Shown here piece by piece: positions 27,076 through 36,694 of a DNA stretch of 55,815 bases (position 1 is the first letter of the stretch; every line of letters begins with the position of its first letter). A program made the translations under genes and the position numbers. The notes below the pieces were generated by a model. It saw nothing but the letters and a program-made list of their open reading frames with translations. It was not told the origin of the DNA and searched no databases. This stretch comes from Microgenomates group bacterium GW2011_GWA2_44_7 (GTDB lineage Bacteria > Patescibacteriota > Microgenomatia > GWA2-44-7): the NCBI GenBank assembly GCA_000999595.1, contig LCJH01000001.1:1-55815 (forward strand), read 5' to 3'.

Positions 27076-28773
27076 TTACAGCTGAACAATATCAAACGCC
27101 GGTTGACCATCCAACAACTTAATTGATTCGATTAAAGTTCCACCGATGTAATTTCCGGGACTGGTTATGAGGAGAGTCTTATCGGGGATTGTAATTTTTG
27201 GTTGTTTTTGCTTTATTTCCCAATCATTGATGAATACAAATTTATCAAACCCATCCACCCAGTACCAATTTGATTGGAAATAACGTACCAACCGTTTATC
27301 GGATTGATATTTCTGTGGATCCCATGGCCAATAAAAGAGAAGAAATTCGTGGGGTTCTCCGTACTTTTTCGTAATTATTATTGTGTCTTCAGACAAGTAT
27401 CTTTCCCTTACTATTGCGATGACTTGAGAATAGCCATATTGCCAAGCCCAAGAGAACTTTGCCGAATATGTCTCATAACGCTTCCAAAAGTTCAAAAGCA
27501 TGAGAAGATTAATGACAATAACCACCGCTAATAATCCCCCGACTAGCGCTGGATGATATTTACTTAGCCATTTCTTTGTAACAACTATCCCAAGTGAAAT
27601 AAACGCTAAAAGTGGTGGGAGCATTATTAGACTCCGCAACGGATGTGGACTATCGCGTGTCAAACTTGCAGCAATCGGGGCGATAACTAACCAGCCTAAA
27701 AATACTTTAAAAGAGAGAAGCTCCTTATTTGTTTCTCTGCTAAAAAGTCTCTTGCCTACAAAAAACAGCCCTATTGCCAAAAAAGGGCCATTGAACCAAT
27801 AAATAAGCCCGTAGTTGGGCAAACTAAATTGGTAATTTGTTCCTCCCGACACGAAAAGATAATCCGGCCTGAAATAACTGACGTAGTTATTTAGAAATAG
27901 AACTAAACCGACAGTTATTTTGTTTACCAAAAATCTTGGTATTGGGTCAGGGAGAGAAACTGCCTCCCGAAGTTGGCCTATTCTTTCCACGGCTCCGGCG
28001 TCAATTAAACCTATCAGGTTATATCGAGCTGAACCTTGACCAAAAAGTGTCTGGTAAATTACAAGTCCCATCGAAAGAATCATTATCCCCAGTCCGATTC
28101 GTCCCCTGCCCGTAATTTTATCGAACAAGCCGCTGCTTCTATACAAAGACCATCCTAAAACTAATATCATCGGGACAAACAACCGAAAAATATAATATGT
28201 GTATAAAGCCAGGACTAAGGCAATAAAACCAGAGGTATACCTTTGTTTGAGTAAGAGAAATAGGCCGAGCAAACAAAAAAAATAGGCAAGGTTTCCTTCG
28301 AGCGCCACTCTGGAAATAAAAACGCTCCAAGGAGAAACTGCCAATAATAAAGCGGATAACCAAGCAATTGACCAATTGTTTGGAAATAATTTAATAACAA
28401 TAAGATACAATATTAAGATACTGCCAATTCCAGCCAGCGCGGAAGTTAATCGAACAGCCAAGGGTGTTAAGCCTAATATTTTCTCTGCGACCGCTGTTAT
28501 ATAAATGTAGGTGGGTAATTTGTAATCTCCATAGGCTCTAAAGAGTAATGGGTACCCCATACCCCACTCATCTCGCCCTGTCTTTAAGATACTGAAAGCG
28601 TTATAACCATGGCTAACTTCGTCCCAGTTTAGACTTGGAGGAAGAGTGGATAGGTTTAACAACCTCACCAAACTACCCAATATTAAAATCAAAATTATTA
28701 CTGTTCGCTTTTTAGTTATTTTAAACATTTTTTCGGCTATCCAGAATAAACACCAATGATAGTCCCATGGCAA
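27076..28773 (-). CDS. GT-C glycosyltransferase, GT39/PMT-ArnT-like (family A, member 3)
   Basis: 565 aa with LNWDEVSHGYNAFSILKTGRDEWGMGYPLLFRAYGDYKLPTYIY and VSPWSVFISRVALE. C-terminus ends IKLLDGQPAFDIVQL. The likely true start is the Met of MFKITKK (about 28728). Confidence 0.75.
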   Translation of the reverse strand: MPWDYHWCLFWIAEKMFKITKKRTVIILILILGSLVRLLNLSTLPPSLNWDEVSHGYNAFSILKTGRDEWGMGYPLLFRAYGDYKLPTYIYITAVAEKILGLTPLAVRLTSALAGIGSILILYLIVIKLFPNNWSIAWLSALLLAVSPWSVFISRVALEGNLAYFFCLLGLFLLLKQRYTSGFIALVLALYTYYIFRLFVPMILVLGWSLYRSSGLFDKITGRGRIGLGIMILSMGLVIYQTLFGQGSARYNLIGLIDAGAVERIGQLREAVSLPDPIPRFLVNKITVGLVLFLNNYVSYFRPDYLFVSGGTNYQFSLPNYGLIYWFNGPFLAIGLFFVGKRLFSRETNKELLSFKVFLGWLVIAPIAASLTRDSPHPLRSLIMLPPLLAFISLGIVVTKKWLSKYHPALVGGLLAVVIVINLLMLLNFWKRYETYSAKFSWAWQYGYSQVIAIVRERYLSEDTIIITKKYGEPHEFLLFYWPWDPQKYQSDKRLVRYFQSNWYWVDGFDKFVFINDWEIKQKQPKITIPDKTLLITSPGNYIGGTLIESIKLLDGQPAFDIVQL

Positions 28774-30391
28774 AGAGAGAGATCATATCAAGGATTAGTT
28801 TAAAGTCCGTCTCTTTGAACTTTATTTGGACATTGTGCTGACCCGCCGGAATCAGAAGACTGAGCTGCCCGAAAGGTCTTCCTGCACCAAGGGTGGTTTG
28901 ATTGCCATCAATGTAAGCTTTCCATCCGGGGAAGGTGTATCGACGAATGTTTAATATAAATGGGAAAGGGGAATTGGTTTCAACAGATACGTTAAGAAGT
29001 TGGTCCCCGTTTATCTGCTCCACCCCTTCGTTTGCAAAGAAGAGTTGATAATTTCTGTCAGGTCGAACGTCAGTTAATTTTAATAACCTCAGATACTCCT
29101 CTTTTGTTAATTTATATTCTTCACTTGCTTTGGGCATTGGAATATAGCGATTTAAATAATAGTCATCACCCCTTGAAAGAAAGTCATGGGGCCTAAATAA
29201 CTGATAGGTTGTTAAAATCGCTGATATAATTAATACTAACGGAATAACTTTGTGAGGAATCTGTGAAAGCGGAATAAGGAGAAACGGAAATAAAAGAGTC
29301 GTCAGCATCAAGAATCTCCAAGGAAATTGGAAATAAGGTAAGAATGGTAGAGATTTCCAAATAATATCTGACCGAAAGTTCATCATGAATATTGATAAGG
29401 CAATAGAAATTAATGCCCAAAGGTACAACATATTTCTATCGCCGCTTATTTGCTTATATCGCCGAATAAAGAAAACTGATGAAAAAATTAACAGAATAAT
29501 CCCTAAAGTCCCCAGGTAATATGATTGATTGCCGTATGGATCGGGGGCGGCAAGTTTGGAAGTAGAATAAGGCGCAAGAAGTTGCAACAAACTGGGAAAA
29601 TGATCAACATAGTTATAGACCGTATCATATTTGACTAACTGACTATCCAGAATGGCAGGAAGCCAAAAATACACCGCTCCCGCCAAGCCCAAAACAAACA
29701 TGAACATGACTTTAACTGCCTGGCGAAAAATGTCCGTTGGGTTAGAAAGTATCCGGATGGTAGAGAATAGGATTAGAAGTGGTACAAACATGTAGGCGGC
29801 AATGTTATGGGATAGGATAAGGCCTGCAAGGCCAAGGGATCCGACACCATACCACCGGCGGTGACATACCCTGCAAACTGTCAATTGATAGACTGCAAGT
29901 AAGACAAGCGGAAAGAAAATAAAGGCAACTGATTCACCTATATCGCCTCTGTAGTAGATATCGATGGCTCGATAAGGAGTATAAATATAGATTACGCCCC
30001 CAACTACTGCGTATATTCGGCCTAATATTTGCCTTAACAGCCAATACATCGCTAGGCCAGACAATACGATGCTCAAACCGAAAACAATCTTGGTACTTGC
30101 GACCAGCGAAAAGCCGATAAAATAAAATAACGCCCCTAGGTAGTACGGGAACGGAAATACAAAATTGAAAAGCGGATACCCGAACCCAAAACTTAAATCC
30201 GGTACGTATCTGGGCGGGAATTGACCGTTTTTGAGCGTTTGGGTCATTTCATAGAGCCAGGCGATATGGATATCATCGGATGCCCCGTAAAACCCACTTG
30301 CCGTAAGGGCGTAGACCGTGGGAATGGAGAAAATAATTATTAAAATTAACGGGTGGAAAATGGGGTTGATTTTTTTAAACACTTTTAGCAT
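28721..30391 (-). CDS. GT-C-like polytopic membrane protein, YfhO-like (family B, member 2)
   Basis: 556 aa with GASDDIHIAWLYEMTQTLKNGQFPPRYVPDLSFGFGYPLFNFVFPFPYYL and YFQFPWRFL. C-terminal module YTFPGWKAYIDGNQT...PAGQHNVQIKF plus a terminal helix. Confidence 0.65.
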   Translation of the reverse strand: MLKVFKKINPIFHPLILIIIFSIPTVYALTASGFYGASDDIHIAWLYEMTQTLKNGQFPPRYVPDLSFGFGYPLFNFVFPFPYYLGALFYFIGFSLVASTKIVFGLSIVLSGLAMYWLLRQILGRIYAVVGGVIYIYTPYRAIDIYYRGDIGESVAFIFFPLVLLAVYQLTVCRVCHRRWYGVGSLGLAGLILSHNIAAYMFVPLLILFSTIRILSNPTDIFRQAVKVMFMFVLGLAGAVYFWLPAILDSQLVKYDTVYNYVDHFPSLLQLLAPYSTSKLAAPDPYGNQSYYLGTLGIILLIFSSVFFIRRYKQISGDRNMLYLWALISIALSIFMMNFRSDIIWKSLPFLPYFQFPWRFLMLTTLLFPFLLIPLSQIPHKVIPLVLIISAILTTYQLFRPHDFLSRGDDYYLNRYIPMPKASEEYKLTKEEYLRLLKLTDVRPDRNYQLFFANEGVEQINGDQLLNVSVETNSPFPFILNIRRYTFPGWKAYIDGNQTTLGAGRPFGQLSLLIPAGQHNVQIKFKETDFKLILDMISLFAMGLSLVFILDSRKNV

Positions 30392-32174
30392 AACCTCTGC
30401 TTGATTTAACTTCGGAAGCCATCAAAACTGCAAGTATGGGAATTACCGATGAAAAACTTAGCAAGGTAAAAATATTAGCAAAGGTCCTAAGGGGTGTATT
30501 TTCTAACTTAATCTTTATGGTGTGTCTACCCTCGTTAGGGATTGAAAAATTGATAAGACCGAGACAAAAAGGCAGTCCGCTACAATCATTATTGAGATGT
30601 TGGACAAAAGAATCGTCTACATAGACAGACATACCGGGAAAGTCGTAAAGAGGCACTCTTAATTTAACTGCCGACTTTACCAGTATTACGCCTTCTTGAA
30701 AATCACTGCCTTTATTATAACTTTCAATTACGGCTTCTCCACTTAAGACCTCGGGATAGTCAGGAGCTTTGGTTGTCGGTGGGAACTGGGCGTAAATCGG
30801 CAGATAATCAAAAATACTTGAGGTTAATTGTTTCTCCCAGATGACACCTGATAATTTTTCTTTATCAGTAATCCTCAACCAATCCTTGGGTTTAAAGAAA
30901 TTTCCGTACAAAGACCAGGCGGCTAGCAACAAAAAAAGGGTTGCAAAAAGAGTAAATTTTCCCCTTGGGCACAAAAAGATCCCCACAGCTGCCAGAAAAG
31001 AGAGCAAGAATATTGCTGGTCCTAAGAACCGCCAAGGAAATTGCAAGTAGGCCAAGAAGTTAATCGTTTCCCAAATAAATGAAGATTTCTGATGAACCAT
31101 AAATAAAATCCCCAGAGCAAGACCCACTAGCAAGATAGCTAGCTTTGCGATAAATACGTTTCTCTTAATTGAAAATAAAGCTAGGACAAGTGCACCAAGA
31201 GCAGCGATCCAATGCACAATTCCGACAGAAAGTGAAAGGTTATCTGTTTGTCCCAGATTAGAAGATCCATATCCCCAACGGTTTGAAAAAAATAGCCCTC
31301 CTAAACTTACAAAATGTTGACGATAATCAAAATAGCCCCCAATTAACGTTTCGGTGTGAACATATCCTTTTTCGACTATGGCCGGGATAATAAAAAATGC
31401 AGCCATTCCAACAGCTAAGATAAAACTGGCAACAAACTTGGGTAGTCTTTTAAACTCTCTGAAAAAGATCGCCAAAGCAAAAATCCACACGGCCAAGACG
31501 GGTAAAAAGATTACTGACATCGGAATATGGGTTAACAAAAGAAGAGAAATAACTATGGCTAAGAAAAGGTAATTACTTCTTTGGCCATTCTTAACTGCCC
31601 GAAATGAATAGAGAAATAATAAGGGGAAGAGAGCCAACGCCCAAGATTCACTTAGAGCCCCCCGAACGTAGACTTCAACCGCCCTAAAGGGTGCGTAGAC
31701 ATAGAGTAAGCTCCCCGTATAAGCCGGCAGCAAACCAAAGAAATCCCTTAAGAGGAAAAACATCGTCACGCCTGAGGCAATAAATCCCAAGATAAACAAC
31801 AATTTAACCGTATCGATAATTTGGAAACCACTAATCTTTAAGACCGCCCCAAGATAGTAAAGGCTTGGCGGGTAATAATTGAACATCGGATAGCCATAGC
31901 CATAGCCTCCATCAGGGATCCACCGACAAGGTAGTTGCCGATCCTCCAGGCATTTGACCATTTGGTGAAGCCTAAATGCTTGTTGGTCATCTTGCATAGA
32001 AAAATAACCGGCTCTTAACAAAGAACTGAAAGACGGAACGATAAATATGATTAGCAAAAATAGTTGTAAAAGAATAGAAGACCTAAAACTTGTTAACCCT
32101 TTTTTAAAGAAAGAATGCATTTGCTTTTGTGCTTCCTGGTCTTGCCAATATAAATTACAAAACGCCCAGTCCAC
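30375..32174 (-). CDS. GT-C-like polytopic membrane protein, YfhO-like (family B, member 3)
   Basis: 599 aa with SMQDDQQAFRLHQMVKCLEDRQLPCRWIPDGGYGYGYPMFNYYPPSLYYL and YLQFPWRFL. C-terminal module LYDFPGMSVYVDDS...EGRHTIKIKL plus a terminal helix. The start may be the internal Met of MHSFFKK (about 32120). Confidence 0.65.
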   Translation of the reverse strand: MDWAFCNLYWQDQEAQKQMHSFFKKGLTSFRSSILLQLFLLIIFIVPSFSSLLRAGYFSMQDDQQAFRLHQMVKCLEDRQLPCRWIPDGGYGYGYPMFNYYPPSLYYLGAVLKISGFQIIDTVKLLFILGFIASGVTMFFLLRDFFGLLPAYTGSLLYVYAPFRAVEVYVRGALSESWALALFPLLFLYSFRAVKNGQRSNYLFLAIVISLLLLTHIPMSVIFLPVLAVWIFALAIFFREFKRLPKFVASFILAVGMAAFFIIPAIVEKGYVHTETLIGGYFDYRQHFVSLGGLFFSNRWGYGSSNLGQTDNLSLSVGIVHWIAALGALVLALFSIKRNVFIAKLAILLVGLALGILFMVHQKSSFIWETINFLAYLQFPWRFLGPAIFLLSFLAAVGIFLCPRGKFTLFATLFLLLAAWSLYGNFFKPKDWLRITDKEKLSGVIWEKQLTSSIFDYLPIYAQFPPTTKAPDYPEVLSGEAVIESYNKGSDFQEGVILVKSAVKLRVPLYDFPGMSVYVDDSFVQHLNNDCSGLPFCLGLINFSIPNEGRHTIKIKLENTPLRTFANIFTLLSFSSVIPILAVLMASEVKSSRGYAKSV

Positions 32175-33776
32175 TTTTACTTATTCTAATGGCTGGTTTG
32201 CCGTCTGGATAATTTATTTGCTTAAGGATATTTTTGTCCAGAGGCAACTCTTCCTCTTTCCCTACAAGTAATATGTTGTCGCCACGGGAGTCACTCGGGT
32301 AGTTTATTCGTCTAAACTCATATTTGCCGAGTGAATATTCTCCGAGTTGGTCTACAAATTTTAAGCCGCTTATCTCATATTGCAGCCATTTCTTTGATTG
32401 TTGCTGAAAAAATACCGGATCCTCCTTTAAAAAGAAACCGATGAAGATTTGAGGCTCACTAAATTCGTGACTAACAATAATTTTTTCATAATTTGGGCTT
32501 ACTAGACCAAGATATTGTGCTGCTTTATCCCAACCGTAGCTCATATGCGGGGCAACGACGATTGGGCTATGATAAAAATATCGATCTACAAATGAAGTTA
32601 GGCTGGCGATAACGATAACGGTAATCGCAAGAATGTTTAGATTTTTGCCTAAGACTTGAGACAGTTTATAAAATAAACTTATACCACCAAAGGCAGATAA
32701 AATTTGAATAAAAGGCATCATAATGGCAAGCCTATTGGCAGCCAATCCCGGACCTTTTGTTAAAGCGGCAGGAATAGGAGTAATAAGAATAAGTGCTACC
32801 AAGATCCAAAAGGGATAGGTTTTGATTAGCCCAAGTTTAGTGATTTTGAAAATTGCAGATACAAGAAATGCCAATTCGAAGAGATAGAGAACTCCGATCC
32901 CCGGGGCCATCCCATAAGTTGCTTCACCCGGACCTTGGGTAAACAAGAATTGGACAGAAAAATATGATAAATAATTTCCGATAAACAGTGAACCTATATA
33001 AGTCAATTTATTCCAAAACAATTTACCAAGTAGGGCCGGCTCACCTAGTAGAGCTCCGTCGTATCGAAGATCAAAGGCTGCCTGCCATCCCCCAGTCGGA
33101 CTAAAAATGGCTACATCTGCAGCACGGGTACTGGCACCGAAGAAAGTTGTCCCAAGGGCGACTAGTAGAAAGATAGAGAATATGCCTAACGAAAAGAGGT
33201 AGCGAGAAAGAATTATTTTTAAATTAAACCTCTGAAAAAACTGTCGATGAGCAAAAAATAGTAAAGTTATGGCACTAGCGGGATAAAAAAGGATGGTAGA
33301 TTTGCCTCAAATGCACCCCTTGATAGTTGGACATGCCACGGGCTGATCGCCAGCAGCAAGGCAGCTACTAAGCCAATAACATTGCCATTTAGCCAAACTT
33401 TCTCTTTTAATTTCGGCATCGACATGGCAGTATGGTCAAAAAGCGAAATGACAAGCAGGTAAGTAATCAGTACCGTGAGGGTTCCTAATATCGCGGCCGG
33501 CAAACGGGTCGCAAAAACATTAAGTCCGAATAGCGCAATTGATGGAACCGTCAGGTAGGTGTAAAGCGGGGCTTTATAATCACCAAATGTTCGGGGAGAT
33601 AACGGTAATGTCTCTCCCCACTCATCCTTCCCTGTTTGTAAAAGAGAGTATGCACTGTAGCCTTGATTGGCCTCGTCAGCATTAAACCCGGCAGGATATC
33701 GATCCAACGCACCCAGCCGGAGTATCAAAGCCAACACTATAATTGTCCCCAGAAAAATTCGACTTCTAGATATCAT
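32155..33776 (-). pseudogene. Frameshifted GT39/PMT-ArnT-like GT-C gene (family A, member 4), given as two ORFs in the track
   Basis: ORF 33267..33776 carries the family A N-terminus: FNADEANQGYSAYSLLQTGKDEWGETLPLSPRTFGDYKAPLYTY and ISPWHVQLSRGAFE. ORF 32155..33021 carries the C-terminal two thirds, ending INYPDGKPAIRISK. My reading shows the C-terminal frame stays open upstream to about 33300 (STILFYPASAITLLFFAHRQFF...LGKLFWNKLTY). Adding one base in the A run at about 33285-33290 (plus strand) fuses the two parts into a protein of about 540 aa. Confidence 0.65.
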
Positions 33777-35425
33777 TTTCTTTTTAGTACTTGCATTAAA
33801 GGTTGAGAATATTCTGGATCTTTAATTACCTTAATTAACTCAAAGTTGCTGGTTGCATTTAATACCCAATTTCCCGGAATATCTCTTCCTTGAACAGTCA
33901 GAAAAGTCATTCCGGGCTTCAGAAAATCTTCCAACGCAACTTTGTTATTTAGGTTCCCGAAAAATAAATCCGGTCCGACTCTAAAGCCGTCCAAGCCAGG
34001 AATGACATCGCTGGTAAACTTATCGCCTGTAAAGTTTGCCTGAAACCAACGAGGATCGGTCTTGGACCAAAAAAGATATCTTATTAATGCCGGCTCACCT
34101 TTATAGCTGATTACCTTTATCTTTGGCTCGGTGGACAGTGCTTGGATTGCCTCTTTATACCCATATTGCCAAGCTCGCCATGATTCAAAGCGATAATGAA
34201 AAATAGTATGGTGTCCAAAGAATATAATCTCTGTAATAAATGCAGCCAGAACAATAAAAACGGCGAGAGTCTTTTGGTAGCTTGGCTTAAAAAAATCATA
34301 AATCGCCCAAAACCCGACTGCCGAGGACACCACCAACGGAGGTAACATTAAAAACAATCTGGTTGCATGTTCCCCACCACCGATAGTCACGGAAGATGAT
34401 AACGGAGCAAGTAATAACCACCCAAGAAATAGTTGCGAATATTGTCGCTTCCGCCGGGCTACTAATATCCCGACACCAACCAGACTCAAAAGATACTCCG
34501 CATGAAATAATTCACCGAAACCGCCGCCGATTTCAGAGTGAGTTGGGTTTGGATCTCCATCTAGGGCCAAAAACTGCGGAGAGAAACTTTTAAGATAATT
34601 GGACGTTATCTCACGAAGAATAACCGTCGGCTTATTATGAAAAAGGCTTCCGACAATGCCATTTTCATCAATGCTTCGTTTGGTTGAAATCTCCTTTTCG
34701 AGGCCAGGTAACGCTAAAAGACTGACCGTCCCCACTCGTTCGCGTGGTTGCCCTAAACCACCAAAAAACAGTAAAAACCCGCTGGCGACTATTACAAGAA
34801 AAATAGATGTTTTAGTCTTTATCTCAATTATGTTAGGCTTAAATACAAAAAATATTAGAAGACCCAAAAAAGGCGAAAAACTTAACGCCGAGCTATAGGT
34901 AAAGAGGCTCAGGCTTAGGAAAATCATTGAGACAACGATGAACCACCATCGCCGGTTTTGGTTGATCCAAAACCAAACCGATAGCAAAACGAAAAGCAAA
35001 AGCAAGCTAACTTCAAAACCTGCCCGACTATAATGCCAGTGCCACGGTGTCACGGCCAAAAGGAGAGAAGAAGATATTGCTGTTCGTTCATCTGTAAGTT
35101 TGTTGACTATTAAGAATAGTATGAGAATGCTTAACGTCCCCCAAAGTGCCGGAGCGATCCTTACCCCCCACTCATTTAAGCCAAAAATGGCAACTGTGGG
35201 CACGAGTGAATAGATAAACATTGGAGAACGATTTTCTGGAAAGGAATGAAAATTGATTGGAAGAGAATGACCCAGATAATCCTTACCGGTTTTTAAGATA
35301 GAATAAGCTTGATACCCGGCGTCAAGTTCATCCCCAAAGAGCTCTATCGGTAATTTATCTAAGCCCCAGACCCGTATCAGCAGTGCAAAAAGGAGAATTA
35401 ACCCGACCTTAAGTTTTAGTAGCAT
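33773..35425 (-). CDS. GT-C glycosyltransferase, GT39/PMT-ArnT-like (family A, member 5, most divergent)
   Basis: 550 aa with LFGDELDAGYQAYSILKTGKDYLGHSLPINFHSFPENRSPMFIY and VTPWHWHYSRAGFE. It has a 4 nt overlap with the downstream gene. Confidence 0.7.
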   Translation of the reverse strand: MLLKLKVGLILLFALLIRVWGLDKLPIELFGDELDAGYQAYSILKTGKDYLGHSLPINFHSFPENRSPMFIYSLVPTVAIFGLNEWGVRIAPALWGTLSILILFLIVNKLTDERTAISSSLLLAVTPWHWHYSRAGFEVSLLLLFVLLSVWFWINQNRRWWFIVVSMIFLSLSLFTYSSALSFSPFLGLLIFFVFKPNIIEIKTKTSIFLVIVASGFLLFFGGLGQPRERVGTVSLLALPGLEKEISTKRSIDENGIVGSLFHNKPTVILREITSNYLKSFSPQFLALDGDPNPTHSEIGGGFGELFHAEYLLSLVGVGILVARRKRQYSQLFLGWLLLAPLSSSVTIGGGEHATRLFLMLPPLVVSSAVGFWAIYDFFKPSYQKTLAVFIVLAAFITEIIFFGHHTIFHYRFESWRAWQYGYKEAIQALSTEPKIKVISYKGEPALIRYLFWSKTDPRWFQANFTGDKFTSDVIPGLDGFRVGPDLFFGNLNNKVALEDFLKPGMTFLTVQGRDIPGNWVLNATSNFELIKVIKDPEYSQPLMQVLKRK

Positions 35426-36689
35426 TCTTGGTCCATTTTATCAAAAGCATTAGATAAATTCCCAATGCTAATACAGTTAATATTTTAATGCCTAATTCAA
35501 AAGATAATAGTTGGATTAACCAAAAAATATTAGGCTCCCACCAATTGTGGTAGAGATTTATCAAGTGAAAACCTGATAGGTATAAATAGCCTAATATAAT
35601 TAGCCGGTTCCACTTGCCCCAAGGTAACAAAAATAAAATAAGTGCCGGGCCTAGATATCTTTCGTGCATTCTCGTTGCCAGAAAAAAGGTGGAAAGAAGA
35701 ATGAGAATCCAGGCTTTCCAAAGATAGTCGATGGTGGCCATTTTTTTCGTGTTTATTAAAAGCCAGATGCCTGCCGCACCAACGAAGATGGATCCGTAAG
35801 TGCTATACGGAATTCCGAATAACCAGCCCAAGGAGTCAGGAATTTTACTTGATCCGACTACTAAAAACCAAAAATTGAATGCATGGTCAGTCACATAATC
35901 AGATCCCGATCCGGTGCTTAACTTCTCCATAAATATTCTAAATGGCCAAAATAAATCAAAAATATTGTTAAAGGGCAAGAAGACCAAAAGAAAGATTAAA
36001 AGTTGCAAGAGTAAAGCTTTTATGGACACGAAAAACCCTTTTTTACTAAACAAATACGCGAAGAAGAAGGGAAGAAATATAATAGCGGATTGTTTGGTTA
36101 GAATTGCCAGAGTAACTGAAATAGATGAAAGCAAAAATCGTTCTTCAAGTAGAAAGAGCGATCCTAAGAGAAGAAAGAAGATAGGAATACTTTCTATCTG
36201 GCCCCAGGCAGCGCTATTAAACCAAATGGCAGGGTTAAAAAGAGCGAGCAAAAAAACAGAGATGGATTTGTTGATAGATTTCGTTTGGCGTATCGTAATT
36301 TGATAAAGCAAAACAGCAATCCCGATATCTGCCAAGATAGATGGCAATTTAAAGAAAGCCGGTAAAAAGTTGGGGTGACCAGAGCTAATTACCCAGTCAG
36401 TAAACAATGAGGGCGCCAAGCGGCCTACGGTGTATATAATTCGAATCGTTTGTAAATATATTTCGTAGCTGATTGCAAATAATGAAATGGCGATCGGCGG
36501 ATAGGTGGGGGGCATAACTTTATATTTTTCAGTAAATTCTCGTTCATAAATTCCTTGGATACCAAACATGGTAATTTCCTTACCCCAGGCAATGTGGTTA
36601 TTTACATCGCCGCTATAAAGCCTGACAGAGATAAATAGCCTCATCAAAATAGCCAGCAATAAAATTAAAGCGAACAAGCTACTTTTCAT
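35409..36689 (-). CDS. GT-C-like membrane protein, DUF2029/GT87-Gpi18-like (family D, member 2)
   Basis: 426 aa with no large soluble domain. N-terminus RLYSGDVNNHIAWGKEI...MPPTYPPIAISLFA, then about 11 helices. Confidence 0.55.
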   Translation of the reverse strand: MKSSLFALILLLAILMRLFISVRLYSGDVNNHIAWGKEITMFGIQGIYEREFTEKYKVMPPTYPPIAISLFAISYEIYLQTIRIIYTVGRLAPSLFTDWVISSGHPNFLPAFFKLPSILADIGIAVLLYQITIRQTKSINKSISVFLLALFNPAIWFNSAAWGQIESIPIFFLLLGSLFLLEERFLLSSISVTLAILTKQSAIIFLPFFFAYLFSKKGFFVSIKALLLQLLIFLLVFLPFNNIFDLFWPFRIFMEKLSTGSGSDYVTDHAFNFWFLVVGSSKIPDSLGWLFGIPYSTYGSIFVGAAGIWLLINTKKMATIDYLWKAWILILLSTFFLATRMHERYLGPALILFLLPWGKWNRLIILGYLYLSGFHLINLYHNWWEPNIFWLIQLLSFELGIKILTVLALGIYLMLLIKWTKNATKT

Positions 36690-36694
36690 GGGGA

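Noticed and set aside
35914-36303. A 129 aa plus-strand ORF. Similar antisense ORFs occur at 4735-5094, 41977-42339, 53521-53847 and 22775-23077.
   Set aside because: All are embedded antisense in strong minus-strand genes. They have basic, low-complexity composition and lack motifs. I treat them as shadow ORFs.
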